IMG/VR virus record: IMGVR_UViG_3300025128_000028
DNA length: 64,000 nucleotides
Source: an uncultured virus (IMG/VR IMGVR_UViG_3300025128_000028)
Taxonomy: Duplodnaviria > Heunggongvirae > Uroviricota > Caudoviricetes
Reading direction: 5' to 3' (one strand)
Part shown: piece after piece, positions 18,668 to 28,955 of the stretch
How positions within the stretch are numbered: the stretch's first letter is position 1
Layout: each line of letters begins with the position of its first letter
Made by a program: the position numbers and the translations under genes
Notes under the pieces: model-generated
Databases searched by the model: none
What the model was told of the DNA's origin: nothing
Seen by the model: the letters and a program-made list of their open reading frames with translations, nothing else

Positions 18668-19675
18668 ATGTCAGCACCCGGAACTTTCGTTAAATCTGCC
18701 TCTAGTGTTTATCTAGAATATGGCTATGAATCTACTTTTGGAGGCGGTGTAAGTAGTCCACCTATGTTATTTGGTAAAGAAGTTAAGGCTTCATCTTTAG
18801 AATTTAAGAATAACCAAATGCCATTAGGACAATTATATACGCCTGAAATTGAATCTTTTGCTTATGGTAGAAATGAAGGTAAACTTTCAGTAGAATATGT
18901 ATTATCAAACCCGTGGTTTTTACAATCTATTTTTGGTGTCGCTACTTCAGCTGATGCTGATGGCGGTGGATCAGGAACAGTATATACACATACTTGGTCT
19001 TCTAATCCATCTACAGATTCAGAAATTAGAGATTTAAGTTCTATGGCTTTAAGAATTGGATTTAATGTAGGATCAGGATCATCTGATGATTTTGTAAGAA
19101 AACCAATCGGTGCTGTTTGTAATGCCATGACAATGAGAATGGCAATAAACGAAACAATTAAAATTACACAAGAAATTCTTTGGGGAAATGAATCAACAAG
19201 TGAAACATTCGCAACTCCAACAGGTGCAATATTAGCGGGCGAAGCCCCATATACATTTGTTCATGCAGTTATCACAAGTCCATTAACAGGATCAACACTT
19301 GCTACCGTGCAATCATTTGACTTAAACTTAAACACAAACGCAGAACTATTATATGAGTTAGGCGGTGCAACAAGCAAAGATGCTTGGAGGAAACTTTTGG
19401 AAATGACAGGAAAGGTAGGTATAACAGTAAAAGATTCAGATTTTCTAAATGAAGTTTATTCTAGATCAGAAACATCAAATAACCTAGTAGTAACAATTTC
19501 AAATGGGGCTTCAGGAAATGCCTTACGAAACATTGTTATGACTTTTTCAGGGGTTAGTTTTTCTGTTCATAATAACACAGGAATAGCACCCGGCGAATTA
19601 GTATTACAAAATGTGGACTTTCAAGCTAGAAGTGCTAGTATTGTAGCAAAGAATCAGGCTTCAGCAGTTCCATAA
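18668..19675 (+). CDS. Major tail tube protein
   Basis: YGYESTFG, YTHTWS and SFDLNLNTN motifs; followed by chaperone and tape measure. Confidence 0.85.
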   Translation: MSAPGTFVKSASSVYLEYGYESTFGGGVSSPPMLFGKEVKASSLEFKNNQMPLGQLYTPEIESFAYGRNEGKLSVEYVLSNPWFLQSIFGVATSADADGGGSGTVYTHTWSSNPSTDSEIRDLSSMALRIGFNVGSGSSDDFVRKPIGAVCNAMTMRMAINETIKITQEILWGNESTSETFATPTGAILAGEAPYTFVHAVITSPLTGSTLATVQSFDLNLNTNAELLYELGGATSKDAWRKLLEMTGKVGITVKDSDFLNEVYSRSETSNNLVVTISNGASGNALRNIVMTFSGVSFSVHNNTGIAPGELVLQNVDFQARSASIVAKNQASAVP

Positions 19676-19708
19676 ACATTTATATAGTATATCATTTTTA
19701 TAATATCT

Positions 19709-20059
19709 ATGTCAGCAGATCTAAATGTTCATACTTTTACAGCAAAAGTAAATGGAGCAGATTGTGATATAAAAATCAAGACAGATTTAACTTGGGGCGA
19801 AACTCAAGAACTATTGACTCGATCTATAAGAATTTTAGAAAATGGTCAAAAAGACTTCTTATTTAATAATTTTTGTGATACACTATTAACAAAGACTATT
19901 GTTGATGGACTCCCTTTTCCCCCTACTAACTTGGTGAAAATGCGAGAATTACCTATGAGTGAAGTTAGTGTGATTTTGGGGGAAATCCTTAAAATTATCC
20001 CTTTAGAGAGTTATTTCAGCAATCTGGGAATGAACAGTCTAGAGATACCAAAAGCATAG
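19709..20059 (+). CDS. Tail assembly chaperone (gpG-like)
   Basis: Between tube and tape measure; contains slippery CCCTTTA at 19999-20005. Confidence 0.8.
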   Translation: MSADLNVHTFTAKVNGADCDIKIKTDLTWGETQELLTRSIRILENGQKDFLFNNFCDTLLTKTIVDGLPFPPTNLVKMRELPMSEVSVILGEILKIIPLESYFSNLGMNSLEIPKA

Positions 20060-20202
20060 AAAATCAGGTTTATGGCTATTGTGCATTAGCGTTTGGTTGG
20101 GACAAATTTCAGGTAGATAAGCTTCCTGCCAAGTATGTACTAGATACAATGTTTATAAGTATGAAGATGATACAAGATTTATTCAATGGAGTCAAAATAT
20201 GA
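19999..20202 (+). CDS. -1 frameshift extension of the tail chaperone (gpGT-like)
   Basis: -1 frame open 19993-20202: PFRELFQQSG...CALAFGWDKFQVDKLPAKYV...; ends in ATGA overlap with tape measure. Confidence 0.8.
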   Translation, partial: PFRELFQQSGNEQSRDTKSIENQVYGYCALAFGWDKFQVDKLPAKYVLDTMFISMKMIQDLFNGVKI

Positions 20203-21251
20203 GCAGTAACGCATACACACTAAAAATAGCAATCGATGATAGTAAAATCAAAGACCTAGAGAAACGACTAATGGCTATAATGAGTGGAAACGCACTAGGA
20301 GGTGCTAATCCTCTACCTGTTGGCGGTCAGGGTGGTGGAGGCGATAAATCAGGTATGATGAAAAATATAGCAAAATTAGGAATGATAGCAACAGGAGTTA
20401 CAGGTGTATTTGCTCTAGTACAAAAATTAGTATCAATGACAATTCAGGCTTCCCCTATGTTGCAACAAATGTTAAAATTATTTAATTTCGGTATTATGCT
20501 TATATTTAGACCAATAGGTGATTTCTTTGGATTTTTCCTAAGACCGCTAATTATATATTTCCTAAGATCTGTTGCTCTACCATTTTATAGAGAATGGCGA
20601 CCAATACTGCAAAAGTTAGGTGCTTTCTTAGGTGATCAACTTGCTGATGATCTGGAAGAAGCAGGATCACATAGAACAAGTCCCTTTGAAGAAGATTGGA
20701 GTCCTATTAGTAATTTTAAAGCTGTGTTATTAGAATTTGCAGCTTTAGCTAACGCAGTTGATGGTAATAAAAATGCTTTTGAAAGTATGAAATTATGGAT
20801 ACATAATATGGAAACTGATTTCAAGCCTGTTTATTCATTTTTCGCTAAATTAAATTCAGGATTTACTGGATTAATCACAAGTGCAACTACTAATTTTGAT
20901 ACATGGGGAACAAAACTTACTAGTTGGCTTACAGCATTTAATCCGGGACAATATCTTGTGCAACAGGTTGTATCTTGGATAGCAAAACTTAACTTACCAA
21001 ATTGGGACGATATTACTACAAAATTTACAGAATTTAAAGAAGCATTAAGCGGTGTGTTTGATGCCATTAAAGTAGCTTTGTTTGCTTTTATTGAAAAAAT
21101 AACACTTGGATTAGTGGACTTGCGTGATGATAAAAGCAAAGGTAATACTACAAACACACAAAATAACTTCATTGACATTAACGGAAATGGAAAGGATGAT
21201 TTTGAAGAATTTGGTGGTATCCTTAGTGATTGGTTAAAGGGGGATAAATAA
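20199..21251 (+). CDS. Tape measure protein (short)
   Basis: Helical, hydrophobic segments, F/W periodicity; position after chaperones. Confidence 0.75.
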   Translation: MSSNAYTLKIAIDDSKIKDLEKRLMAIMSGNALGGANPLPVGGQGGGGDKSGMMKNIAKLGMIATGVTGVFALVQKLVSMTIQASPMLQQMLKLFNFGIMLIFRPIGDFFGFFLRPLIIYFLRSVALPFYREWRPILQKLGAFLGDQLADDLEEAGSHRTSPFEEDWSPISNFKAVLLEFAALANAVDGNKNAFESMKLWIHNMETDFKPVYSFFAKLNSGFTGLITSATTNFDTWGTKLTSWLTAFNPGQYLVQQVVSWIAKLNLPNWDDITTKFTEFKEALSGVFDAIKVALFAFIEKITLGLVDLRDDKSKGNTTNTQNNFIDINGNGKDDFEEFGGILSDWLKGDK

Positions 21252-22082
21252 TTGGCTAAAATATTATTAAAAAAACTTGATCCTGTTAATGTGGGTAATA
21301 CATTATTCATATATGAATTAGGAAACTTCAAAAGAATCAGCTATGATATTAATTCACCTGTTTCACCAGCACCTTTACCTGAAGAAGATTCAGAAGAAGC
21401 AATACTTATAAAAATTGAAGGTAATAGTTCAGCAATAAATATAGGATGGAAATTAATAGATGAATCAACAACAAGGCTAGTAGAAAATAATTCTAATGAA
21501 GATGATCATGGTGGGGAAGATATACTTTTACATTTTACAGGAACAGCAAATGTAAAAACGGTACAAGAACAAATTGATTTTATCAGAACTTATTTCAGGG
21601 CAAAAAGTGTTAATGATGCTTATGAACTAGTAATTGAATATGATGGAACTGAATCAACTTATAAACAAAAAAATCTAATATTTCAAGGAACATTTTCACA
21701 ATTCCACTTTGATACTGCTGATGGTGAAAACCTTACATTTAATGCAAGTTGTAAATTTCTTGAAGGAACTGTAGCTACTATATTTGAACAAGATGGATCA
21801 TCACAACCAAATAATTTATCAGGAACAGGGAGTTCAGGTTCTATGTCGTTAAGCTGGGATGCTCCTACACAATCTGGGGATTCTTCGATCACTCAATATG
21901 CCATATATTATAAAAACATATCTTCAGGAGGTAGTTATACTAGGCTAGAAACAGGAAGTGTAAGTACAAGTAAAATAATTGGAAGCTTACCATCAGGTCA
22001 ATATAGAGTATATGTAACAGGTGTAACTGATTCTGTAGGCGAAGGAAAAGAATCTTACGGTATATATGTAACGGTGACTTAA
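21252..22082 (+). CDS. Distal tail protein-like with C-terminal fibronectin type III domain
   Basis: SLSWDAP...ITQYAIYY...LPSGQYRVYV FN3 signature. Confidence 0.7.
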   Translation: MAKILLKKLDPVNVGNTLFIYELGNFKRISYDINSPVSPAPLPEEDSEEAILIKIEGNSSAINIGWKLIDESTTRLVENNSNEDDHGGEDILLHFTGTANVKTVQEQIDFIRTYFRAKSVNDAYELVIEYDGTESTYKQKNLIFQGTFSQFHFDTADGENLTFNASCKFLEGTVATIFEQDGSSQPNNLSGTGSSGSMSLSWDAPTQSGDSSITQYAIYYKNISSGGSYTRLETGSVSTSKIIGSLPSGQYRVYVTGVTDSVGEGKESYGIYVTVT

Positions 22083-22083
22083 C

Positions 22084-23898
22084 TTGCCTATCGTTAAAGC
22101 CGTTGTAACTGATTTGGAAAGTAGTCCAAAAACATCACATTTGTATCCTTATCAAACAAAATTAAAATTAGAAGGCGATAAAAAGCCAGATACCTTAGAA
22201 GCAATTTTTGGTATGCAAGATGATATAGGTCAAAATTATGAAATAAAATTTTTACAAGACATAGTTGATACATCTTATTTAAGAGGTGCATATCAAATGC
22301 AATTATCCGCTTTAGATGAATCAGGCTACAATCATGATCCAACTGATCCAGCAGAATCTAGATTTGTAAAGGTATCATCAGGAAGATTTAAAGGCAACTA
22401 TGCACTTGATTTCGCTTCAAACGGACAGGGAGTTTCTGTAGTAAGTGCAAATACAACTAACATAGATATATCAAAACAGTTTGATATATGGATTTGGTTT
22501 ACACCCAATACAACCCAATTACATGATGGTAGTGATGAGCCTATACTTTGGTCTTTTTACAGTTCAGGGAATACAGGATTGGAAATAGGAATAACTGGAA
22601 ACAACGGAACAAACAGTTCATGGAAAGTATTTCTTAGATATGGCGGTGGTTCAGCAGTAACACAAACAGGGACAAACACAGGTAAAATTATGACAGGACA
22701 CCCTGTTCTTATAAGAGTAAAACGTGATGACAAAAATATATTAAAGGCATTTGTAAATGGGCAGGAGGAAATTTCAACAACAGTTGCTACAGATTTTCAA
22801 CCTTCAAGTACAGCTATGACATTTGGCGATGCTTCACATACAAGCAGTTCTGATTTTAAGGGACAGATTCATGCTATAAGAGTATATGGAGGTGCTTGTT
22901 TAAACGGTGCAGATTCAAAAAAACTTAGATTATCAAAACCTGTTGTTCAAATTATGAAGTTTAATGGCAGGGTTAGAAAAGTACAAAATGAAGTAAAAAG
23001 AAAAAAAGTAAAGTGCCAAAGCATATCATGGAGGTTTACGGCTGGAAGATTAGGTGTTGATGTTGATAATGGATATACTTGGACAGTAGATGATAATTAT
23101 TGGAAATTAGGTACACTTGCTAGTGGAGGAAGTTGGGCTGGTGATGCTCAATATAAGACCATACTTCAATCAGCAGTAGATGAAATAGATTCAGATTTTA
23201 AAGTAAGATCAAAGGATGACTTTAAAACAGATTCAAGTACAAACCCATTAGGTCATATATATCAGGTAGGATCGTTTATGCAATTTACTCAAATTTTATT
23301 ATTATTATCAAAATGTATAATGTATATAACGCCTAGAAATAACATCATAATCGAAACTGAAGATGGACATGATACTGATTATATATTTGATCAGAATGGT
23401 AGTGTTATAAAATATAATATATTGGCTACAGAAGATAATGATACTAAACTTGTTAATGAAGTTATATTTTCAGGAAGATCGGGAACTAACCCACAAAGAT
23501 ATAATAATACACCTTCAAAAGGGGTAAGAAGAACACTTAGAGGTCATCTTGAACAAATATCACATAATACCGATCTTGATATTATTGCAACGGCTTACGC
23601 TGTAAAATTTAGAGGTGATCTAGTAAAAGATATATCACCCAAAAAATATGTAATTTCATCACAAGCACCATTTCATCATGTTAGATATAATCATGTACTC
23701 AAAGAATTAAAACGAAAACAGGGGCAAACAAACTTAGTTTTATCAGGTGGTACGGCTATAACAGTTAGACAACTTGAATATAATTATCCTAGCGGAGTAA
23801 CCTTAGTAAAGGCAGGGGAAAATGATATTGATTACTTTGATGATAATATTAAAAATTCTAGAGTACAAGAAGGTTTGACAGATTCAGAACTTGCTTAA
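22084..23898 (+). CDS. Tail hub/tip protein with inserted LamG-like domain
   Basis: DESGYNH...ALDF...FKGQIHAIRVY; follows distal tail gene. Confidence 0.7.
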   Translation: MPIVKAVVTDLESSPKTSHLYPYQTKLKLEGDKKPDTLEAIFGMQDDIGQNYEIKFLQDIVDTSYLRGAYQMQLSALDESGYNHDPTDPAESRFVKVSSGRFKGNYALDFASNGQGVSVVSANTTNIDISKQFDIWIWFTPNTTQLHDGSDEPILWSFYSSGNTGLEIGITGNNGTNSSWKVFLRYGGGSAVTQTGTNTGKIMTGHPVLIRVKRDDKNILKAFVNGQEEISTTVATDFQPSSTAMTFGDASHTSSSDFKGQIHAIRVYGGACLNGADSKKLRLSKPVVQIMKFNGRVRKVQNEVKRKKVKCQSISWRFTAGRLGVDVDNGYTWTVDDNYWKLGTLASGGSWAGDAQYKTILQSAVDEIDSDFKVRSKDDFKTDSSTNPLGHIYQVGSFMQFTQILLLLSKCIMYITPRNNIIIETEDGHDTDYIFDQNGSVIKYNILATEDNDTKLVNEVIFSGRSGTNPQRYNNTPSKGVRRTLRGHLEQISHNTDLDIIATAYAVKFRGDLVKDISPKKYVISSQAPFHHVRYNHVLKELKRKQGQTNLVLSGGTAITVRQLEYNYPSGVTLVKAGENDIDYFDDNIKNSRVQEGLTDSELA

Positions 23899-24077
23899 TC
23901 ATCATCAGGAATAGAAAAATCTGATATATAGGAATCAGGAAAGTCTTTTTTTGCAACTGATAATTTATTAGCCCAATCTACTATATCAGGCGGTAGTGTT
24001 AAATCTCTTAAATGCCTTTCAATTTTACGCAACAAGTCATTTGTTATATCCAATCTGTCTTCTATTTCCTTAAACAT
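23895..24077 (-). CDS. Small hypothetical protein
   Basis: 60-aa coiled-coil ORF. Confidence 0.45.
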   Translation of the reverse strand: MFKEIEDRLDITNDLLRKIERHLRDLTLPPDIVDWANKLSVAKKDFPDSYISDFSIPDDD

Positions 24078-24080
24078 ACC

Positions 24081-24090
24081 TTTATATTGA
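24081..24090 (+). promoter_or_regulatory. TTATATTGA-class promoter box
   Basis: Same box near 28038, 28453, 28922 and 387; mostly about 30 nt before DNA-metabolism genes. Confidence 0.6.
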
Positions 24091-24110
24091 AGGTATTACT
24101 ATGTATATTA

Positions 24111-24836
24111 ATGTTTACACATAAGAAAGCCGAGATTGTTCGTCCATTTGTAGAAACTGAACATACAGAAGAAGGACATTTTTATAAAACAGAAGCAGGT
24201 AAAATTTACCCAAGTATTACAACAGTTTTAAAATTATTAGATAATCGTGAGTGGTATCCTTTTTGGGTAGCTAAAGTTGCTAGGGACGAAGGAATAACAG
24301 AAGCAGAAGCAGAAATAAGGTGTGAAGAAATTGGTCAATCAAGCATGAACGTAGGAAACCAAATACATCACATGGCAGAAACATTTCTAAAAAATAAAGT
24401 TATAGGTAAATGGATCGCTGGTGATTATGAGATCGATCTAGGAATATTATTTGATCCACTTTCTAAACATTTGACTGAACACGTAAATAACATACAAGGC
24501 ACGGAAGTAAAATTATATAGTGATGAATTAGAACTTGCGGGAACTGCCGATTGTGTAGCAGAATATGATGGTGAGCCATCAATAGTTGATTTTAAGAATA
24601 GTAGAAAACCAAAATCAAAATCACAATGTAAAAGTAAAAATTATTTTGTTCAACTTTGTGCTTATGGAAAAATGTGGGAATTTTGCACTGGTCAAAAAAT
24701 TAAACAGGGTGTAATAATTGTTATATCATGGGATGGTAAACTAAAGGCACATAAGGTCAATTTAGAAGATTATGAATCAGATTTATATGAAAAATTAGTA
24801 TTAGCTGAACAGCAAAAAGCCTTAAATACTAAGTAA
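24111..24836 (+). CDS. PD-(D/E)XK exonuclease (RecB/Cas4-like viral family)
   Basis: YPSITTVL, GNQIH, AGTADC, IVDFK and QLCAY motifs; start reset to ATG24111. Confidence 0.88.
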   Translation: MFTHKKAEIVRPFVETEHTEEGHFYKTEAGKIYPSITTVLKLLDNREWYPFWVAKVARDEGITEAEAEIRCEEIGQSSMNVGNQIHHMAETFLKNKVIGKWIAGDYEIDLGILFDPLSKHLTEHVNNIQGTEVKLYSDELELAGTADCVAEYDGEPSIVDFKNSRKPKSKSQCKSKNYFVQLCAYGKMWEFCTGQKIKQGVIIVISWDGKLKAHKVNLEDYESDLYEKLVLAEQQKALNTK

Positions 24837-24851
24837 TAAGAATATATATCT

Positions 24852-25373
24852 ATGGTAAAGTTAATAGAAAAAAAGGACTTAAAAACAGGGGAAAAAGAAA
24901 TAGTTATTGATAAAAGAACACTACCAAAAAAAGTGCCACCAAATGTTAAAAATTTAAATTTTGCTAGAAACCTTCCACCTGAATGTGATGGTTGTCCATA
25001 TAGACCACAAGAACTAGGTGGGAATGGTATATGTCCAAAATTTGAAGCTGGTGCTTTATGTGTAATTAGAAAAGATATTGCTAAAATAGTAGATCAAACA
25101 GGAGGTAGAACACTTGATTTAATGGAAGCAGAATTTCATAATAATTTTGAAAAACTCATATTCTTTGAAAGTTTAGAGGATCAACATGGGGAACTAAATC
25201 CTGAAGTAACAAAGCGTATAAACTCACTTACCAATTTGGGTAAGGTTATTAGCGAAATTAAGACAAAAAGAGAAACAGTAGAAATAACCCAAAAAGAAAC
25301 ATTAACTGAAGATCAAAAACACGATATAGCCAAGACAGTTAAACTTAGTAGGGAATTATTAGATGAGTCTTAG
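24852..25373 (+). CDS. Probable terminase small subunit
   Basis: Overlaps TerL start; CDGCPY...CP...C cluster; helical C-terminus. Confidence 0.55.
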   Translation: MVKLIEKKDLKTGEKEIVIDKRTLPKKVPPNVKNLNFARNLPPECDGCPYRPQELGGNGICPKFEAGALCVIRKDIAKIVDQTGGRTLDLMEAEFHNNFEKLIFFESLEDQHGELNPEVTKRINSLTNLGKVISEIKTKRETVEITQKETLTEDQKHDIAKTVKLSRELLDES

Positions 25374-26850
25374 AAAACTACCACCTGTTGAATATATCAA
25401 AGATCCTGTAGAATATGCAAGATTATTAGTAAATTCATTTAAAAGATGTTCAATTTTTGTAGATCAGTTTTTAGGCTTTAATGTATTTGAATATAACAAA
25501 GTTTTTTTAGATTGTTATGATCGCTTTATAGTATATAGAACAGGTAGGCAGGTTGGTAAATCCACAAACGCAGCTTTGAAAGCTATACATTTCGCTTATT
25601 TTGCACCATTATTTGCAAGTAATATTGATACAGGTGTGGCTAATGTAGTTATTGCTTCACTATCTAAAGATCAGGCTCATTTAATTTTATCAAAGATTAG
25701 TGAGTTTATACACATGAGTCCTACACTAAGTAAGAAAGTTTCAAGGGAAATTAAAACAGAAATTACTTTAGAATGGTATGATGGTTCAGGTAGAACTAAC
25801 TTTATTGTAAGACCAATAGGTGATACAGGTGATTCACTTAGGGGTTTTACCGTTCATTATGCTATATTGGACGAGGCAGCTTATATACCCCAAGTGGTAT
25901 TTGATGCCTTTTTGCCATCTACCGTAACCACAAAACCTCATATATTACTAACAAGTACGCCAAAAGGCAAGTCAGGGCAATTCTTTACCTCATGTATGGA
26001 ATCACACATTATATATGAACATGGTAAGCCAAAACCGATAGAAGGACATAGTGATAAAGAAAAGTTCCCGTGGACTCAATTTCACGTTACTACGTTTGAT
26101 AACCCTCTAGCCGCCAGCGATCCACAAGTATTAAAACTAATCAAAGGCACTACTAAAGCTGCGGAACGCCAAGAAATATATGGGGAATTTCTTGATGGTG
26201 GAAATAGTTTAATACCATATAATTTACTTCAAGAAGCACTTACGCCTATAACACGACCACAATTTGAATATTACGATGCAGGGGTGGATACAAGTGGAAA
26301 AGGTGCTGATGAAACAGTAATTACCATTGTCGGTGTAAGGCAAGACGTAGTTTACCCTGTAGAAACCTATTCAGAATTAACTACAGAACAACCCAAACTT
26401 GCTAAAAAAATTGCAGAATATAACCGTATATATGGGCTAAGAAGAATATATATTGATGAAACAGGTATGGGGGACACTTTAATGGATTTATGTAAAGACC
26501 TAGATCTAGATATGAATCTATACGGAATAAACTTCAAATCAGATAAAGTAAACTTATATGTAAATTTAGAACGATTATTTGAAGAAATAAACCCAAAAGG
26601 AGCAGGTAGATTAATTAATCTTTCACTTTTACCTGACTATGATAAGGACAAACTTACTGAACAATTATCATATATGTATTGGGATCATGGAAAATTCAAG
26701 GATCAGCAACCAAAAGTGCGTAGTGAACACGCTGATGACTATAGTGATAGCCTTGCATTAGCAGTTTTTGGTCAACAAAAGGTTGAATTTATGCAAGAAG
26801 TACCTGATCTTTGGTCAATTCAAAGTATTGGGGAATATCAAGGTGAATGA
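25363..26850 (+). CDS. terL: Terminase large subunit
   Basis: GRQVGKST Walker A; LRG...ILDEAA; LTSTP; GVDTS and DDYSDSL nuclease motifs. Confidence 0.95.
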   Translation: MSLRKLPPVEYIKDPVEYARLLVNSFKRCSIFVDQFLGFNVFEYNKVFLDCYDRFIVYRTGRQVGKSTNAALKAIHFAYFAPLFASNIDTGVANVVIASLSKDQAHLILSKISEFIHMSPTLSKKVSREIKTEITLEWYDGSGRTNFIVRPIGDTGDSLRGFTVHYAILDEAAYIPQVVFDAFLPSTVTTKPHILLTSTPKGKSGQFFTSCMESHIIYEHGKPKPIEGHSDKEKFPWTQFHVTTFDNPLAASDPQVLKLIKGTTKAAERQEIYGEFLDGGNSLIPYNLLQEALTPITRPQFEYYDAGVDTSGKGADETVITIVGVRQDVVYPVETYSELTTEQPKLAKKIAEYNRIYGLRRIYIDETGMGDTLMDLCKDLDLDMNLYGINFKSDKVNLYVNLERLFEEINPKGAGRLINLSLLPDYDKDKLTEQLSYMYWDHGKFKDQQPKVRSEHADDYSDSLALAVFGQQKVEFMQEVPDLWSIQSIGEYQGE

Positions 26851-26891
26851 GAATACAAAATACTTAAATACCAAGTATATATAATTTCAAT

Positions 26892-27575
26892 ATGCCATCT
26901 AACCCACAAAAGGATGATCCTAATAAAGAATCTGAAGAATGGATTACTGTAGGCGGTAAAAAAATGAAAATTGATCCAGATGAAGATAAAGAGAGTCTAA
27001 CAAGAAGTCCTATGCCAAGTGTAAGGGGCGAAAAGGAATCTAACACAAAAGAGGCACAAAAGGTATATAAACATAGATATAATTTAATAAAAGGCGTATT
27101 TCACATTAGAGATCCAGTAGTTTTTGCTGAATATCAAAAATCAGGAGTTATTTCAGGTTTAAATGGTGAAAGAGTTTTAGTACATTCTGAAGGTAGGGTT
27201 TACCCTGTTGCAAAGAATGACGTATTTAAAAAATCAGAACTTTTGGAGGGAAGACATTGGGATACAATGACAAACGTAGATAGAGTTCAAATATTAAAAT
27301 CATGTAATTTACCAACATTATATAACAAACAAAATTGGGGAAATCTTTCATTTGATGTTAGATCAGCACTATTAAAAAATATTGCTCCAGCAGGAACAAC
27401 CACAAGTACAACAGGTATTCATAATCCTATTTATAATCCAGTTAAAGAAGAAAAGACGGTTTCAGATACAATAAAAGAAGAATTAGATAGACAGCACAAG
27501 CAAAAAAATCATGAAGAATACGAAAATGGAACAAACGTAAAATCAAAGGAAGATCAGAAGAAACATTTTAATTAG
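26892..27575 (+). CDS. Hypothetical late protein
   Basis: Late-type TATA upstream; WITVGGKK motif. Confidence 0.7.
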   Translation: MPSNPQKDDPNKESEEWITVGGKKMKIDPDEDKESLTRSPMPSVRGEKESNTKEAQKVYKHRYNLIKGVFHIRDPVVFAEYQKSGVISGLNGERVLVHSEGRVYPVAKNDVFKKSELLEGRHWDTMTNVDRVQILKSCNLPTLYNKQNWGNLSFDVRSALLKNIAPAGTTTSTTGIHNPIYNPVKEEKTVSDTIKEELDRQHKQKNHEEYENGTNVKSKEDQKKHFN

Positions 27576-27583
27576 GGATCTTC

Positions 27584-27763
27584 GTGAAACGTAAAGAAAA
27601 GATTCTAAGGTGCAAATGCCCTTGTAATAGAGAATTACCATCAAGATATAAAGGTAGGCAAAAAATATTTTTTGATTCACCTGTATGTAGAAAAATTTGG
27701 CATGGTCTTACAGAAGAAGAACAACAGGTTAGATTAAAAGAAATGGAAGAAGCAGAATACTAG
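27584..27763 (+). CDS. 59-aa Cys-containing protein
   Basis: MKRKEKILRCKCPCNRELP...SPVCRKIWH by hand translation. Confidence 0.55.
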   Translation: MKRKEKILRCKCPCNRELPSRYKGRQKIFFDSPVCRKIWHGLTEEEQQVRLKEMEEAEY

Positions 27764-27978
27764 ATAGATTTGTCTTTTGTAGCATACGTGCTTTTTGGTT
27801 CACAATTAACTGGATGATTTTTTTCGTATTCTTGTAAGATTCTTTCAAGCACTACAGAATCGCTTTCATAACCTTTTCGTTTTTCATCAGGTTGAGCATA
27901 TTTACGCAACCTTAGTTTTTGTGATTTGTGAATACTAATTGGAGTTGATACTCTATTAGGATTTGATGGTCTTGCCAT
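27760..27978 (-). CDS. Ribbon-helix-helix-like DNA-binding protein
   Basis: MARP...TPISIHK...LRKYA...SDSVVLERIL. Confidence 0.65.
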   Translation of the reverse strand: MARPSNPNRVSTPISIHKSQKLRLRKYAQPDEKRKGYESDSVVLERILQEYEKNHPVNCEPKSTYATKDKSI

Positions 27979-28066
27979 ACCAACTTATTATTAGCGACAT
28001 ATATAAGTCTTTACAAAAAATAAGAAAATCAAAAGACTTATATTGATCATTATTTTATATAATACC

Positions 28067-28414
28067 ATGTCGGATTTTAACAAGTTTGGACAAAAATCAG
28101 GTGATTCCATAAATCTATCTGAAATCGGTGATAAAGTATTCACCATCACAGGAGTCGAAGACTCACCTTACACAGCTAAGGATGGGGAAGAAACTCCGGG
28201 TGTAAAGATTTCTACAGCTGAAGAATGGGAAAAGGAAGATGGTACAACAGTATCAAAAATCCACACTACACGTAGAGCAGTAGTAAGTAAGTTGGTAGAT
28301 GCAGATTTAAGGAAGGCACTTGAGGATGGGGAAACTTTCAAAGTAAAGTGTCCTAGTGAGAAAGTCAAAGCCAAGAACGGTGGCATGGCTTATTACGACC
28401 TCGTAGCTGCTTAA
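28067..28414 (+). CDS. Putative single-stranded DNA-binding (OB-like) protein
   Basis: Beta-rich with YYDL C-terminus; own promoter and terminator; function inferred. Confidence 0.45.
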   Translation: MSDFNKFGQKSGDSINLSEIGDKVFTITGVEDSPYTAKDGEETPGVKISTAEEWEKEDGTTVSKIHTTRRAVVSKLVDADLRKALEDGETFKVKCPSEKVKAKNGGMAYYDLVAA

Positions 28415-28482
28415 TAAGGCTACAACCCTTCTTTTTTTTATTTTTCTAAAGGTTTATATTGAGGATTATATATGATATATCA

Positions 28483-28908
28483 ATGACGAAACAAACTATC
28501 GTGGACTTAATGAAAGAATTAAAAACTTCATGGGGTATATTAAAAAATGATAAAGAAAGCGTTCCTGCAAGGAAATCAGCTTGTAAAGCAATCATAGAAC
28601 TATCCAACAAAGCAAAAGAATTAGATCCTAAATTTGACGTAATAGACATGACAAATACTCAATACTCGGACTTTGTACCTAAAACATATACGGTAAAAAG
28701 CAACGTAAATTGGGGAACTTGTAATGATATGTCATTAGCAGAATCAAAGGCACTATCTGTAGTATCAAGATTGGAAGCAATAGCAGTTCAACACATAAAA
28801 GAAAAATTACCTAATGAAGCAGAAGACTCTCAAAAATTTGGTATGATTGTATCAGCATTTACAGAAAAACTGTTAAATGCTTATATCTATATCAACCAAA
28901 CCTCCTAA
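28483..28908 (+). CDS. Hypothetical protein
   Basis: ATG28483 lies 30 nt after TTTATATTGA. Confidence 0.65.
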   Translation: MTKQTIVDLMKELKTSWGILKNDKESVPARKSACKAIIELSNKAKELDPKFDVIDMTNTQYSDFVPKTYTVKSNVNWGTCNDMSLAESKALSVVSRLEAIAVQHIKEKLPNEAEDSQKFGMIVSAFTEKLLNAYIYINQTS

Positions 28909-28955
28909 TTTTTTAACAACCTTTATATTGAGGACTATTTAGAGATAGTATAGAA

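Noticed and set aside
24111..24836. Cas4 of a CRISPR system
   Set aside because: Lacks the four-Cys Fe-S pattern and CRISPR context; fits a stand-alone viral exonuclease
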